A DNA stretch of 64,000 nt from Haliotis rufescens (taxonomy: Eukaryota), in assembly GCF_023055435.1 (NCBI RefSeq), contig NW_025964112.1, positions 14,136,001 through 14,200,000 of the forward strand. The letters run 5' to 3'. The notes beneath the pieces were generated by a model. It did no database searches, had not been told where the DNA came from, and saw only the letters and a program-made list of their open reading frames with translations. The position numbers were made by a program, and so were the translations under genes. Each line of letters opens with the position of its first letter. Position 1 is the first letter of the stretch. This document shows positions 49,275 through 63,076 of the stretch, in pieces.

Positions 49275-49438
49275 CACAGTATAATGACTCCAAGCCAACC
49301 ACACCCCTTGTTTTATCCCCTTAATGCTGAGCAGGGTGACAAGAAGCATCACCTTCTTACGTCTTTTAGTATAATGTGGCTGGGGATTGAACCACCAACA
49401 TTTCTCTATCCAGGCAAACACTCTATCCACAGAGGCAG
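49275..49438 (-). mobile_element. SINE family E, degenerate 5' half
   Basis: CCCCTTAATGCTGAGCAGGGT...ACGTCTTTTAGTAT...GGGGATTGAACC is the reverse complement of the E head and central domain. Confidence 0.6.
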
Positions 49439-50992
49439 TCAGAATACAATTGGCCTTTAAAGATGTTCTTCCAAGAAAATTGTCCCTACAGTGATTTGTA
49501 GCTGATGTCGGCTGCCTTGTTTTTATTGTTGTTCTTCTATTTAATCAAGTATCAGGGTTGTACAAGGAAGAATGTAAGTCTTGAATGGTGCATATACATT
49601 CATGTTACATGCTATTGTATATATAAATCTTCATGAAATTTGAAAGCTCAAAACAGCATATTCTGGTCCCTTATGAAGTTGCAACTTGTAATCTCCACAT
49701 GTTCCTAAATATATATTTGCATTCATGACTTACTTGTGGATATATCAACTTGGTCTCGTTGCTATATGGAGAAATAATGCTGATGCGATGTTAAATTTTA
49801 ACTCACTCACTCACTCCTAGTGAGTCCTATCAGCTGTGGTATATGTCGTGACATTGTTCAGTATTGCGAGAGGGTTTGCATGAAGTCAGTATCAGTTGGC
49901 TTCAGTCATTGCAACTGGTGATTACTCTTCATATTACCGTATTCAACAGAATAAACGCCCAGGGAACTCTCAAAATTTGAAATAGGAGGCTCTTACTAGA
50001 ATATTATTTTGGTGAAAAAAACAGAGTTAAAAGATAAATTTTGTGGTTTATGCTCACAGCCTGAAATGTTTATATACGACAGATATGTTTTTTCAGAATT
50101 TAATTGCCCATAATTAAGGGTGAATACAACACAGGAGTATGTATTATAGGCGAATCAATAAGTCTTGTGTACATTGATCAACCGGAAGGGGTGCCAATTG
50201 GGATTGTTGACTTGCCAATATATTAGCAAATATCGCCGTGGGGGCTTATTAGAGAAGGGCGCTTATTACGTGGAAAACGGTAACCCGGGGAACCTTTCTC
50301 TGACATTCCTCCATCAGTGTTCCTCACAGTGTTCTGCCCAAGTCCAATCAAGGCTTCAACAATGCTGTGCTTCTCCTGAAGAATCAATTCTAATTCATCT
50401 GTCCACATTTCATTCTATTGTTATTTTTGTGTTATTTTCGTTGCGATGAATGCTTGGCAATCATCATCAAATAGTACCCAGAGTCGCACTAATAATTGTT
50501 ATATCAGCAACTCTTGATTCACTTTGATGAAAGCATGCCTGATGATTGCTATTAAAGTAAGAGCTTCACTATACAAGTACTATAAATCCATGTGGGTATG
50601 TCTTAAGTGGTTTGTGTTTGTATGGATAGTACATATACTGAAATACTTTGAAAATGTATATTTGAATTTGTGTTATATTCGGCAAAATGACTGCAAAAGT
50701 CAAATTAAGTTATCTTACCTCCATGTGAGAATGTTGAAAATTGATTGGTTCGCGTGATCTTGATAAAATACTAGGTATCTCACCTGAGAGGGAAATAAAT
50801 TTCTGAGCAGGAGAATAAGTCCCATTTTCCTCTCTACGAAGCCAAAAGCTGCATCTTGATTACGAGTCAATGAAAGTCATGTGACAAACCACAAGTTAAC
50901 CACAGTTCAATCAAACAGATGTTTTTTATCAATTTTTAGTTTGCTTTTACTCTTTACAATGGCAGATTGAATCATGTTGGCAAGATAATTCA

Positions 50993-51129
50993 TTGTAGCA
51001 GTATCACTTTGAGTATATGTGATTTTTATGCATCCCTTGTTAGGTTATATACAGCTCGCCGCCGGCTTGTGGAATAAAACCTAATGCAGGATGCATAAAA
51101 CCACATGTCCCCCCATGACACTGCTACAA
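50993..51129. mobile_element. Degenerate fold-back palindrome
   Basis: Nested complementary blocks TTGTAGCAGT/ACTGCTACAA, TTTTATGCATCC/GGATGCATAAAA, TTAGGTT/AACCTAA. Confidence 0.7.
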
Positions 51130-51221
51130 CTAATATTTTTCTGTGTATTTTGGCATTAGGTAATCAAAAACTACAATGTTGTTAGGGTTTGAATCTCATT
51201 CAATGTATTTTGAGATTGACT

Positions 51222-51391
51222 TGAGTGAGTGAGTGAGTTTGGTTTTACGCCGCTTTTAGCAATATTTCAGCAATATCACGGCTGGGGACACCAGAAATGG
51301 GCTTCACACATTGTACCCATGTCAGGATTCGAACCCGGGTCTTCGGTGTGACGAGTGAACGCTTTAACCACTAGGCTACCCAACCGCCCCC
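51222..51391 (-). mobile_element. SINE family A
   Basis: Full reverse-complement copy; TSD GAGAT(T/G)GACTTGAG. Confidence 0.92.
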
Positions 51392-54300
51392 GAGATGGAC
51401 TTGAGCACAAAAGTACATATGTCTGATGATCGAAAACATGATTATGTGTCTTCATTGTGCATATAACCTTGTTGTCTTACAAGAGCAGGCTCTGATTTCA
51501 TCAAAAATATTTTGAAAAAATGAGTCAGGATTGTTTTTTTCTTCCTTTCGTTGAGATATTGGTTACGATGAATCAGAAGAATGTGGTTATGATGAATCAG
51601 TGCTTGTGATTATTCACATTAATGTTATCATGTATCACGGTTATTTGTTTCATTGAATACTTCCTGCAGCTGAATTCAAACTTGTTTATCTTTGTTGTAA
51701 GATTGCAGTCCACCTGTGCAACATATTTCATCCAGACTTTCCAGTTAATTTTTCTTGTTCAGGTGAAAGTAATAGCTGTGAAGGCTTCTCTTGTCAAGCA
51801 CAGATAACTGTGATACAATCTCTCACACATCATAGCATTCGTCTTGATTGATGACATTAGCCTAGACTCCATCCATTGTCCATGACATCACTATCTGATA
51901 ACGTTACATCATCTGAACTATCATAGGCTGATTTCTGTGACACTTCTGAGCAGGGTTGATATTCATCATACGGTTTTTTTCAAATTTTAGTTCTTAAAAT
52001 GACAAAAATATACAGAGTAACATTCTTGTAACTCAGAATGACAGAATATCTGTCCATCATGAATGATTGCCACCAAGGCTTGGGCTAACATCATTCATCC
52101 ACTTGTGACATATCATGTGAATTCATGGAGCTTTTTAGTTATTATCTTATTGTGAAATGCCATTATCATAAGATACTTCATAGCAGTGCAAGGGCCAGAC
52201 CCCACAGACTTTCGGCCCCACAATGTAGGTCGGTAGGTTGGAATAAAAATGAAAAATACATTCCAATTTAAAATATTTTGTTTGATTTCCTCAGAATGTT
52301 TAAAAAGTAGGGAAAAACATTAAGTGTTTTTTTAAAGATAAATTGTCAACTGGTTTTAGTTTTAATAATATATTTAAATTGATAGTGACAGTAAATGAGT
52401 TGGCAGAATAAAATAAACACTGCTTTTCATTATTTAATTATTATTTTGATATTTGAATTTTTGGGAGTTGGCAGACTCGTAAACCAAGTTTTAAAAAAAG
52501 TCCTGCTGAGAGTTACTTGATCGCTAGGTTCAGCAAGCCAACAAACAGACAGAGGGAGTGTGATCGAAACGTTGTTGAACTAACTGGAGTTCTAGTTTAC
52601 ACTTGAGTGTAATGTTCACCAGTGTTTGTATCTTTTCTGAAAATATTCACGAAGAAGAATGGTTTCAAAACAGTCACATATTTATGGCATGTTCAGTTTG
52701 TGAAATAGCTTTTGAGAAACTTATTTTTCTCCCGTCACTGAAGCAATAATGAAATGACAAGAAAATAAACCAACTCAATGATGGACAAATAGATGTGGGA
52801 AGCTTGGGATTTAAAGTAAACAAACATGTTTTGAATCCCATTACAGTTTACATACTATAGGCTCTGGAGTCCTGATTGATATGTATTCAGAAAACATGAA
52901 AACATTTTGTCTTGGAACATCTCTCACAGGAAAGACGACTGAACTGTGATGCCATGCGTATGGGTGTATTAAGCACATTTTTATGATCAAATAAGCTTGT
53001 TAAATTTTCTTTAGACTGACATAATACGCTTTTTGTAACGGTTGTTTATGTAACAGATTTTTAGAACTGATCCAAAATGGGGAATTTAATATTGATACCA
53101 ACCGCTAAGGCTAATATAATCTTCTTTTAAATTTTGTAATTCAAAGGAAATAATCGTGTTCTGTTGAAATTATATATTTCATGCTGACAGTAACATTAAA
53201 CAATATTGATAAGGTTAGTTTGTGCCCCCAGGGATTTCAATTAAAGTTGAAGCAACCTCCATGCAAGGTCTTTGGCAATGTAAAGTTTTGATGAATTTGA
53301 TTGTCGCCATCCCTGAAAGTTTCTAGAGCTTGGTTATGTTTATCTCTTTGACCCAAATGTTAAGTGTGTATTTAGAAACAAATGTAGAGAAAATAGTCAT
53401 TTAAAGAAATCCTGAACTTTAAGAACTTCGGTGTGAATATAGAATGGGTTTGAAACGTTCCATGAACTATCACTTATATTGATATCTTCTTATGCAGCTT
53501 TTGTTGTTTTGTTTTGAAATATTTGTTGATGAAGGTTTTAAGGGCATTGTCTTAATGTTATTTTATTGTCTCACAGTTGATTTGAATAAGTTATAAGTTT
53601 TTTATCTAAAACAAAAGAGAAATTCTGATAAAGTACGGAAAGTATTGACTTCAATATTTTTTACATTTATGGAGGTGAAAATGTAAAAGCTGTGTATATG
53701 CCTGTAGCATAGTGGATTTACACAAGTGTGCACAGCATTTTGTGCCTATCATATTTATACAGAGGTAGACCAATAAAGTTGCAAAAGACAGAACTGATGT
53801 TTTCAATAATATATTTTGATTTTGTTCTATAATCAACACTACCATCATTTTAAAAGTAATTATTCCCATTCTGATCTTGTTATGAACAAACTTTGGGAAG
53901 TATTGTTTTCTGAGTTTTCTCAAAATGTCACACAATAAAACTTTTCAGAATAACAGGACTTTTCAGGAAATTGATGTGTGTTTTCCATATTGACCTGTCT
54001 GTGGTGATATATTGATAGCTGTGTCAGGAGAATACAGTGTATCTATTGAGCAGACATGTCTGTAATTAAGGTTCATCGGAACACAGAGAGCCATGGCTTC
54101 CTGTGGTACATTCAACTGCTAATAGCCTCGCTTCCTGCCCAATTTCACCTGCCACCAGGGGGAGCCTACATCTCTCGGCATACATGTGGGGTAACGCCAA
54201 ACTCTCACCCACATGGTCTTAAAAAAATATATTTCGATGGGTGGTGTGAATTTGTTTTGGTAAAAAAAGGGGTGGACTAAATTTTTGTGGGTATTTGTCA

Positions 54301-56462
54301 GTGTTTTTATGTATGCAGTCTCCAGTAGTATACAGTATAAAACCTCAGCATATTTCCGAGTCTGTTTGCGTTTAATGCTAAAACCTATGCAGTCAGACCA
54401 AACCGTAACGACCTTTTATTACCTATTAACCCTGATATAGTCAGACTGGTATATATAAAAGTAATACAGTTTTAGAGATCACGGTTTTACAGTGGACACA
54501 CCTGGATAATGGCCCATGTTTTTTTTCTGCCTGCTCCCGATTATTGACAAACTGCCATGATACATGTGGAATATTGCTGACCCCTGTGTTAAAGGGTCAG
54601 GATGTCAACCGTTCTGAATCTTTGTTTGTAAACAATAACCGATAATTCCCGTTACTAGGTTTCTCTGCTCTGCTCGTCTTATTCCATTTCTGCTCCAGTG
54701 ACCACACAGCGGATGTAGGCTTATCACATGACTGGACTTACCTTGTAAAACAACAAATAAATGCGAACAGGTGGGCCTAATGTTAGTGTGCTTTACATAG
54801 TGTTTTGCATAATTATATAGATATACTTCTACAACTGTGACAGTGAGGTGCATGACAATTGTGCTTTATACATCAAATTGATGGTATTCACTAGCTCTCT
54901 GGTCTTGGAGGATAAATAGGCAAATGGAAATAGTACTTCTCACTTGAGGATATTTTTGCAATGAAAGTTAAACATTTCGAAATGCATGTTTATCTAAGTG
55001 TGTAGACTTGTCCAAAATGAAACATGAAGACTGAAACTCGTTTACTCTGTCGGCTTCACTGTGAGGAGCTCTGTTGTTTGGGTTTGAGAATTGAAACAGG
55101 CATGTGACGTCCCACTCGGAAATTATTTTCTTACGCGATTTAAAAACACAGAACCATTCAACGTACTGTCCCTTTAAACAAGACTTGACTAATCTGGCCA
55201 ATCTATCTCTATGATAACTAATTACTGTATCCAATTGTTGCCTCACTAGGTAGACAGTGAAATCTCATTCAGAGACATTTATCCAAACATTGCCTTTGAG
55301 ATAATCTTTCTAGGAGTGTCAGTATATCTTAAGAGGGACATGATTCCACATCCCTGATTTGTTAATCTGGTAATTTATTGATCCGGATGATTTCTCAAGG
55401 ATTGATTTCCGGTTTACTGAGGTTTAGGAATAAATGTGTGTGTCAGTCGGTGGCCAGACAATCAAACTATTCCTAACCCTGATACTCGTATCTTTTCACC
55501 GTGTCAAACCAATCTAAGTTTGATGGACCTGCGTACTTGCTCGCTATCGTCTGTGCAGATGTTTAATTATATATTGAGCCCTGTGATTACTCCTGAGCAG
55601 TGCCAAACAGTGTGTGTATATTTGTAGGTGTGCATAAAGGTGTCGCCACACGCTGCAGACAGCTACTGCTTGTGTGACATGCATTGTACATGCACTTTAG
55701 TGCTTTCATTACCTGTTGTGTCGTGCAGGAAATGCAACGTGCAACATCTCACCATCAAAACTGATCGTGTTGCAGGAAAAAACGGGCTGATAATGGCGAC
55801 AGAGTGGAAATCTGGCGTCAATACCGGTAGTTCTTGACACTTTGAATGAATTTGTTCAAACCAAGACAATTCTTAAGATAGAATCCATCTGAATTATTAA
55901 CATTAAATTTGATTTTATAGTTGTCTGGTTTAGACTGGGTTTGTCGGCCTAGTTGTTTAGACTGGTATTATACTCATTTTGGCTATCTTCTTTGTCTGAC
56001 ATGAGAAAGTGTTGAAGAGAAAATGTCAAATTTGTTTCAGAGAATTGCAGTAAAGAATTTTTTTTGTAACAACCAAACTCATTGTTCTGAATTGATTTAT
56101 CAATGATTTAAGTGTGTGTGGAAACCAATTTTAAACAAACAATTGGTTAACATTCCACATCATTGTAAAGCCCTTATTTTTTTTCAATTCAAAGATATTA
56201 CGTGATAATGTAACAATAAGGCAACAAAACCCTTTCCATTACCACAAAATCTCTTCTAACAGCAGAGTCCATTGTACAATTCCGACTATGTCACTATCAA
56301 ATATCAATTACCGGTACTTTCTTTGGAAATTTCAAATTCCAATTTGCGAATGAATACAGTTGTAGACCATGTGCTGAATATCAAACACAAGAAACGCCAA
56401 GACAAATCTCTGATCACTTCACTCTGCAAAACACACTTTTGACTTAAGAGTTAATGGGTAAG

Positions 56463-56634
56463 AGTGAGTGAGTGAGTGAGTATGGTTTTACGCCGCTTTT
56501 AGCAATATTCCAGCAATATCACGGCTGGGGACACCAGAAATGGGCTTCACACATTGTACCCATGTCGGGAATTGAACCCGGGTCTTCGGCATGGCGAGCG
56601 AACGCTTTAACCACTAGGCTACCCGACTGCCCCC
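56463..56634 (-). mobile_element. SINE family A
   Basis: Full reverse-complement copy; TSD TAATG(G/T)GTAAGAG. Confidence 0.92.
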
Positions 56635-56911
56635 TAATGTGTAAGAGAGTCTACCAGGCACTAACATTAGGGCATGGCTGGTTCTGTAGTATAAAGATGC
56701 TTGTTTGTCATTATGAGCCAGGACAGTGGGTCAGGGGTTTGATATGCACTACCCAGGCCTGTTCTCCAACATTGACAAGCCATGCTACATTTGAGAAACT
56801 GTTAAATGCAGCATTAAACCTTAGATTCTGTTTCACAGTCCCTGAACCTTAAGCTTTCACTTCCACCCTGCCCTCACTGTAATTCTATAGCCCTTGATGA
56901 AGCAAGTCCAC

Positions 56912-57110
56912 TAGACTAACATCTAGTCTCTGAAATGAACATACAGTACAGAAAAAAACAGTTGTTCAGTTATCTTAATAAAAATATAATAAAAAGGGGC
57001 CCAGAGACTCTCTTCATTTGATACTGCAGTAATCTAGACTTGCCAAACATTATAGACTTGCATGGGCTGTATTTGATATATATTTGTATCAGGGTCTGTA
57101 AGACAGACTA
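56912..57110 (+). mobile_element. Non-autonomous DNA transposon with 9-bp TSD (Academ/AcademH-like), copy 2
   Basis: TAG...CTA termini; perfect TSD CAAGTCCAC (56903-56911, 57111-57119); short hairpins at both ends. Confidence 0.82.
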
Positions 57111-57440
57111 CAAGTCCACATTTACCACAGATTCTGAATCACCCCTCTCACTGGGGTTCCTTTTCAGTTTGAATGGAATTGTTTGTTTCAATCAACATTA
57201 TTTTTTTTAGAGACTATTAGTGTTAGTCTACATTACTCATGCACTCACTAACTTGACAACAATTGGGAACATAACAAAATGTCAGAAGATGTGAATCAGT
57301 TTACTCATCCTTTGCTAATTTTATGATGGCATGAGCAAGTTAGATTAAAATATGTCTTATGCAGAGGAATATTTGGATAGAGTCGAAAAAAGTTGAAGGA
57401 AAAATCTACATTTTGTTCCTCACAACAACTCTGAATACAA

Positions 57441-57641
57441 GGGGGCCGTCGGGTAGCCTAGTGGTTAAAGCGTTCGCTTGTAACGCCGAAGACCTGGGTT
57501 CGGTTCCCCTCATGGGTACAATGTGTGAAGCCCGTTTCTTGTGTTCCCCACAGTGATATTGCTGGAATATTGCTAAAGTGGCGTAAAACCATACTCACTC
57601 ACTCACTCACTCACTCACTCACTCACTCACTCACTCACTCA
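57441..57641 (+). mobile_element. SINE family A with expanded (ACTC)n tail
   Basis: TSD CTGA(A/G)TACAAG; about 12 ACTC units. Confidence 0.9.
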
Positions 57642-58359
57642 CTGAGTACAAGATTGCAGGCGTTCTATCAGGTGTCAGGACCTGTTGCAAGGGAGATTTA
57701 TTATTCTACATCTAAAGTGAAAATGAAATGCCACATGTTGCCATGGAACTAATATGTAATTCAAAGTTATTGATTCACTTGTCAATCAGTAAGTTTGATC
57801 CAAAACATTTCAGACAGCTTATGAGTACATAACCCTTTTATAACCTCAGTGTATTTATTTAACAGCTGGTCTGACAGTGTGAAGAATAACTCACCAACTT
57901 AAAATAAAAGATCTGATTTCACCTTCGTTTTTTCAGTTGTTTTGGAAAGGAACTGATGACTATATAGAGAATCTCACCCAAGTGTCTTTTGATATCAAAA
58001 TACATGAGGGTAACATTATCTATATATTATCCAAAATGATTCCTCCAACTTTTTCAGTTTGTAATCAGTAATAAGCAATGATTCCAATGTGTGTACAAAG
58101 TACAAAAAACCAGCTTCAGTGACATAAGTGATGTCATTTGACTTTTTTAGAACCTTGAGAAAAAGGATATTTTATTCCAGAGATAATTTTTGCATCCTTT
58201 TTTCTTACGGAATCCTGAACTCTTTTGTCTTAAGTCTAGGACCTGTGTTACAAACCATCATCCCTATTCCCCACCCTATCCCACTCTCTGACCCCTCAGG
58301 CCTGTGATACCCGTGTTACCTCACCCCCATTTCTTCCCTTTCCTTATCCTACATCTCTG

Positions 58360-59560
58360 TGACCTATGCTTCCAACCCTCACCCCTACTCTCACCCTATA
58401 TTTCTTACCTCATCCTTTGTATATCCAACAATTTTACCCTATGGCCTGTGCTACAACCCTCACCCCTACTCTCACCCTATATTTCTTACCTCATCCTTTG
58501 TATATCCAACAGTTTTACCCTATGGCCTGTGCTACAACCCTCACCCCTACTCTCACCCTATATTTCTTACCTCATCCTTTGTATATCCAACAGTTTTACC
58601 CTATGGCCTGTGCTACAACCCTCACCCCTACTCTCACCCTATATTTCTTACCTCATCCTTTGTATATCCAACAGTTTTACCCTATGGCCTGTGCTACAAC
58701 CCTCACCCCTACTCTCACCCTATATTTCTTACCTCATCCTTTGTATATCCAACAGTTTTACCCTATGGCCTGTGCTACAACCCTCACCCCTACTCTCACC
58801 CTATATTTCTTACCTCATCCTTTGTATATCCAACAGTTTTACCCTATGGCCTGTGCTACAACCCTCACCCCTACTCTCACCCTATATTTCTTACCTCATC
58901 CTTTGTATATCCAACAGTTTTACCCTATGGCCTGTGCTACAACCCTCACCCCTACTCTCACCCTATATTTCTTACCTCATCCTTTGTATATCCAACAATT
59001 TTACCCTATGGCCTGTGCTACAACCCTCACCCCTACTCTCACCCTATATTTCTTACCTCATCCTTTGTATATCCAACAGTTTTACCCTATGGCCTGTGCT
59101 ACAACCCTCACCCCTACTCTCACCCTATATTTCTTACCTCATCCTTTGTATATCCAACAGTTTTACCCTATGGCCTGTGCTACAACCCTCACCCCTACTC
59201 TCACCCTATATTTCTTACCTCATCCTTTGTATATCCAACAGTTTTACCCTATGGCCTGTGCTACAACCCTCACCCCTACTCTCACCCTATATTTCTTACC
59301 TCATCCTTTGTATATCCAACAGTTTTACCCTATGGCCTGTGCTACAACCCTCACCCCTACTCTCACCCTATATTTCTTACCTCCTATATTTCTTACCTCA
59401 CCCTTTATATATCCAACAGTTTTACCCTATGACCTATGCTACCAACCCTTACCCCTACTCTCACCCTATATTTCTTACCTCATCCTTTGTATATCCAACA
59501 ATTTTACCCTATGGCCTGTGCTACCAGCCCTCACCCTTCTCTCACCCTATTTCTTACCTT
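58360..59560. repeat. Minisatellite, 81-bp unit, ~14 near-identical copies
   Basis: ATGGCCTGTGCTACAACCCTCACCCCTACTCTCACCCTATATTTCTTACCTCATCCTTTGTATATCCAACAGTTTTACCCT. Confidence 0.97.
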
Positions 59561-61693
59561 TTCCTAATCTTACCTCTGCCTATTGTCCGTGTCACCCACC
59601 CTCACTCACCCTGACCCCACCCCTATTTCTTACCCCATCCCAATCTAATCTCTGCCCTACGGCTCTCAGCCCTTAACACCAACAACGTATCGGATCACAC
59701 ATATGTATATATGTGCAGTCAACACAACAGTCACTTCACCTGGTTTTGTGTTAACAAGCATCCGTTTTGTAATATATATCAATAGGTAACCAACACCTCC
59801 AAAAAATCAATACATGTTTGGATTATCAAGTTCTAGTTCCGGGGAGACAGCTATAAATCAAGTGTCAAGCTGCATCAGAAGTCATCAAGCACTGTGGTAT
59901 TGATGGCACACATTTTACCACAGAAACCTTGACATGTCGGAGGCAAATAGATAGCTGATGACAGCTGGTTATAAACATACCACCATGTGTGCAGGCTGGG
60001 TAGGAGACACATAGTGACCCTGTACCTATATACATGTCCACACCACTCAGCAGCCCTCCTGAGTGACTGACCCAGAGAGATTGCCTCAAGCTGGGAACCC
60101 TCTCTTTGAGTAATGAGTAAAGAAGGCCACCCTCCTGAATGTGCCCTCTCCTGATTCCAGTACAGGGATTCTCTCCTCCAGCACAGGAGACCTCCAACCA
60201 GCTATCCTGTGTGCGATTCCTGCACACTCAACCAACGGCTGCCATTGCTATATTTAGCATTTCTTGCAGTATCTAATTCACCACTATTTGGCAGTGTTGG
60301 GATTACCATGGCAGATAGGAAACAGGGAGCTCAATCAGCGGAACAAGTATGATAAACAATTTATACTCCAATTTACACATTTTTTACCTTTTTCACCATT
60401 TTCACCATTTTCTAACCTTATTTGCACGTGCACCAGTTATTAGACAGCAAAGGGATGTTGTCATGTTCATTTTGATTCTTCCAGTGGGTTGATGTCTCTG
60501 GTTACACAGGCGACCTATGTTGTTGGTGGGGATGTATGTGTGGTATATAACCTGTATGGTAGGCCTATATTCACCACAAGGCCATATTCTAGTCAAGTAG
60601 CTCAGATTTCATTGATCAATCCGATATTTGAGCTTAGTGATGGCCATTCAGCTGAACAATATCAATCACGTGTGTGTCAATTTAAAACCCATTTGTTCAG
60701 ATTGAAGAACTGTGGTTTTCATTGTATTGAGGGTATTGATACATGTTCTTGTTCTGGGTTATCCATTGGAAATATTTGCCTTTCATGACTAAAGACATAG
60801 TTAAGTCAAGCCGTGGTGATTTGGCATGTCTTTCATTATTTTCATCTGACAGAATTAGTCGTGATTGAGGAATAACAACAATTCATTTGATTATAGACAA
60901 AATTGATGAGTTTATCCTCCCAATAGAATATTCTGTGTTTTCGCCACATTCCACATTATTCTGGCTAGAAGATGAAGTGATAAATAAAATATTCATGAAA
61001 AGACATGTTACAGAACAATCTGCTGGACCAGATTTCAAGCCATGGTTTTAACAGCACCCACTGAGACCTTGATCGTTCAACCAGTTTCCATCAATTATTT
61101 AACATTCTAACATATTTCTTACTTATCAGGAAGATCCATACTGAAAGTAATTTAATTCACAGATTTGAGTTACAATGTGAGAAATGTACCTGATGGACAT
61201 GTTTTCTTGAATGTTTACATATAAAACTGCATATTGCTGACACATTGAGATATGATAATTTTGGTCAAGCATTTTCAGTGGGTATGCGTGTATCTTGCAG
61301 TCCAGGAGTAGGAAAGTTGTGTACACAAGTGCAGGGTTGTATTAATTGCAAAATATGAATCTGGTATTACGAAGACCTTATTAAATGTAAATCTGTCTGT
61401 TTTGAAATTATATCAATATGTGTATACGTCTCATGGTACAGAAATATCAGAATGGGAATTTGGATTTAGGGAGTTATTGGTATGGAAATCAAGAATCAAT
61501 ACACAATTTAAATATCTAAGGGTGAGTTAATGAAAAAATTGAAACCCCAGGTTAAATTATTCTGGCACTTATTAGGTAATCTGACATCCACTTGAAGCTT
61601 AAGTAGTGTTTGTCAATCTTCTTGTCAGCGTGGACTGCCGGCAGGCACAGTTCTCATGACACCATCGGAAGCATGTGATAACTCCATGTGTGA

Positions 61694-61981
61694 GTGAGTG
61701 AGTGAATGAGTGAGTTGGGTTAAACGCTGCTTTTAACAGTATTCCAGTTATATAACGGCGTGTCAGCTTAATGTTGGAGGAAAGCCCGAAGTGATGCAGG
61801 TCTCAGACATTTACCGCATCTGTGAAACACATGAGCACGGGTATGGTGCTGACAAACCTAGAAACATAATCAGGGCGAACCGGAATTCGAACCCACAATC
61901 ATAGGTTTTTGGCGTGCCTAAGGGACGCAACTCTGCATAGCGAATCGCGGCGCCCTAGACGACTGGGCCACCAATGCCCCC
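61694..61981 (-). mobile_element. SINE family C, full length
   Basis: 14-bp TSD AACTCCATGTGTGA (61680-61693, 61982-61995). Confidence 0.92.
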
Positions 61982-62162
61982 AACTCCATGTGTGAACAGT
62001 AGCATCATGCGATGTCCACATGCTGATTTAAACATGTGGTGTTGGCAGTTCAGTTTGTGGTCTGATGTCTGTATATGATGTGATGTGTCTGTGTTGAAGA
62101 TGGCAATGTAGTGAGAGAGACATGTACACTCAAACAACATGTAGAGAAAGATCTGACACACT

Positions 62163-63076
62163 TGACAATGAGAAGGAATATGGGATATAAAACAGTTGAC
62201 TATGACAAAGAATGTGGATATATAACAGTTGGCTATGACAAGGAATGTGGATATATAACATTTGGCTGTGACAAAGAATGTGGATATATAACAGTTGACT
62301 ATGACAAGGAATGTGGGATATATAACACTTGACTATGACAAGGGATGTGGGTTATAAAACCATTGACTATGACAAGGAATGTGGAATATATAACCGTTGA
62401 TGATGACAAGGAATGTGGATATATAACAGTTGACTATGACAAAGAATGTGGATATATAACAATTGACTGTGACAAGGAATGTGGGATATATAACAGTTGA
62501 CTATGACAAGGAATGTGGGATTTATAACAGTTGACTATGACAAGGAATGTGGGATATATAACCATTGCCTATGACAAGGATTGTGGGATATAAAACTGTT
62601 GGCTATGACAAGGAATGTGGGATGTAAAACTGTTGGCTATGATAAGGAATGTGGGATATATAAGAGTTGACTATGACAAGGAATGTGGATATATAACAGT
62701 TGACTCTGACAAGGAATGTGGGATATAAAACTGTTGGCTATGACAAGGAATGTGGGATATATAACAGTTGACTATGAAAAGGAATGTGGGATATAAAACT
62801 GTTGGCTATGACAAGGAATGTGGGATATATAACAGTTGGCTATGACAAGGAATGTGGGATATAAAACTGTTGGCTATGACAAGGAATGTGGGATATGTAA
62901 CAGTTGACGATGACAAGGAATGTGGGATATAAAACTGTTGGCTATGACAAGGAATGTGGGACATATAACAGTTGACTATGACAAGGAATGTGGGATATAT
63001 AATAGTTGACTATGACAAGGAATGTGGGATATAAAACTGTTGGCTATGACAGGGAATGTGGATATATGTGACAAGG
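62163..63076. repeat. Minisatellite, 33-34-bp unit, ~27 copies
   Basis: GACTATGACAAGGAATGTGGGATATATAACAGTT and variant GGCTATGACAAGGAATGTGGGATATAAAACTGTT. Confidence 0.96.

Noticed and set aside
55793-55826. Possible coding exon stub MATEWKSGVNT|GTAGTT
   Set aside because: Weak donor and phase 1, inconsistent with the other stubs; not enough support without transcript data.
58304-59676. Three long ORFs (436, 357, 436 aa)
   Set aside because: Translations of a stop-free 81-bp tandem repeat in all three frames; no domain, and no synonymous-type variation pattern.
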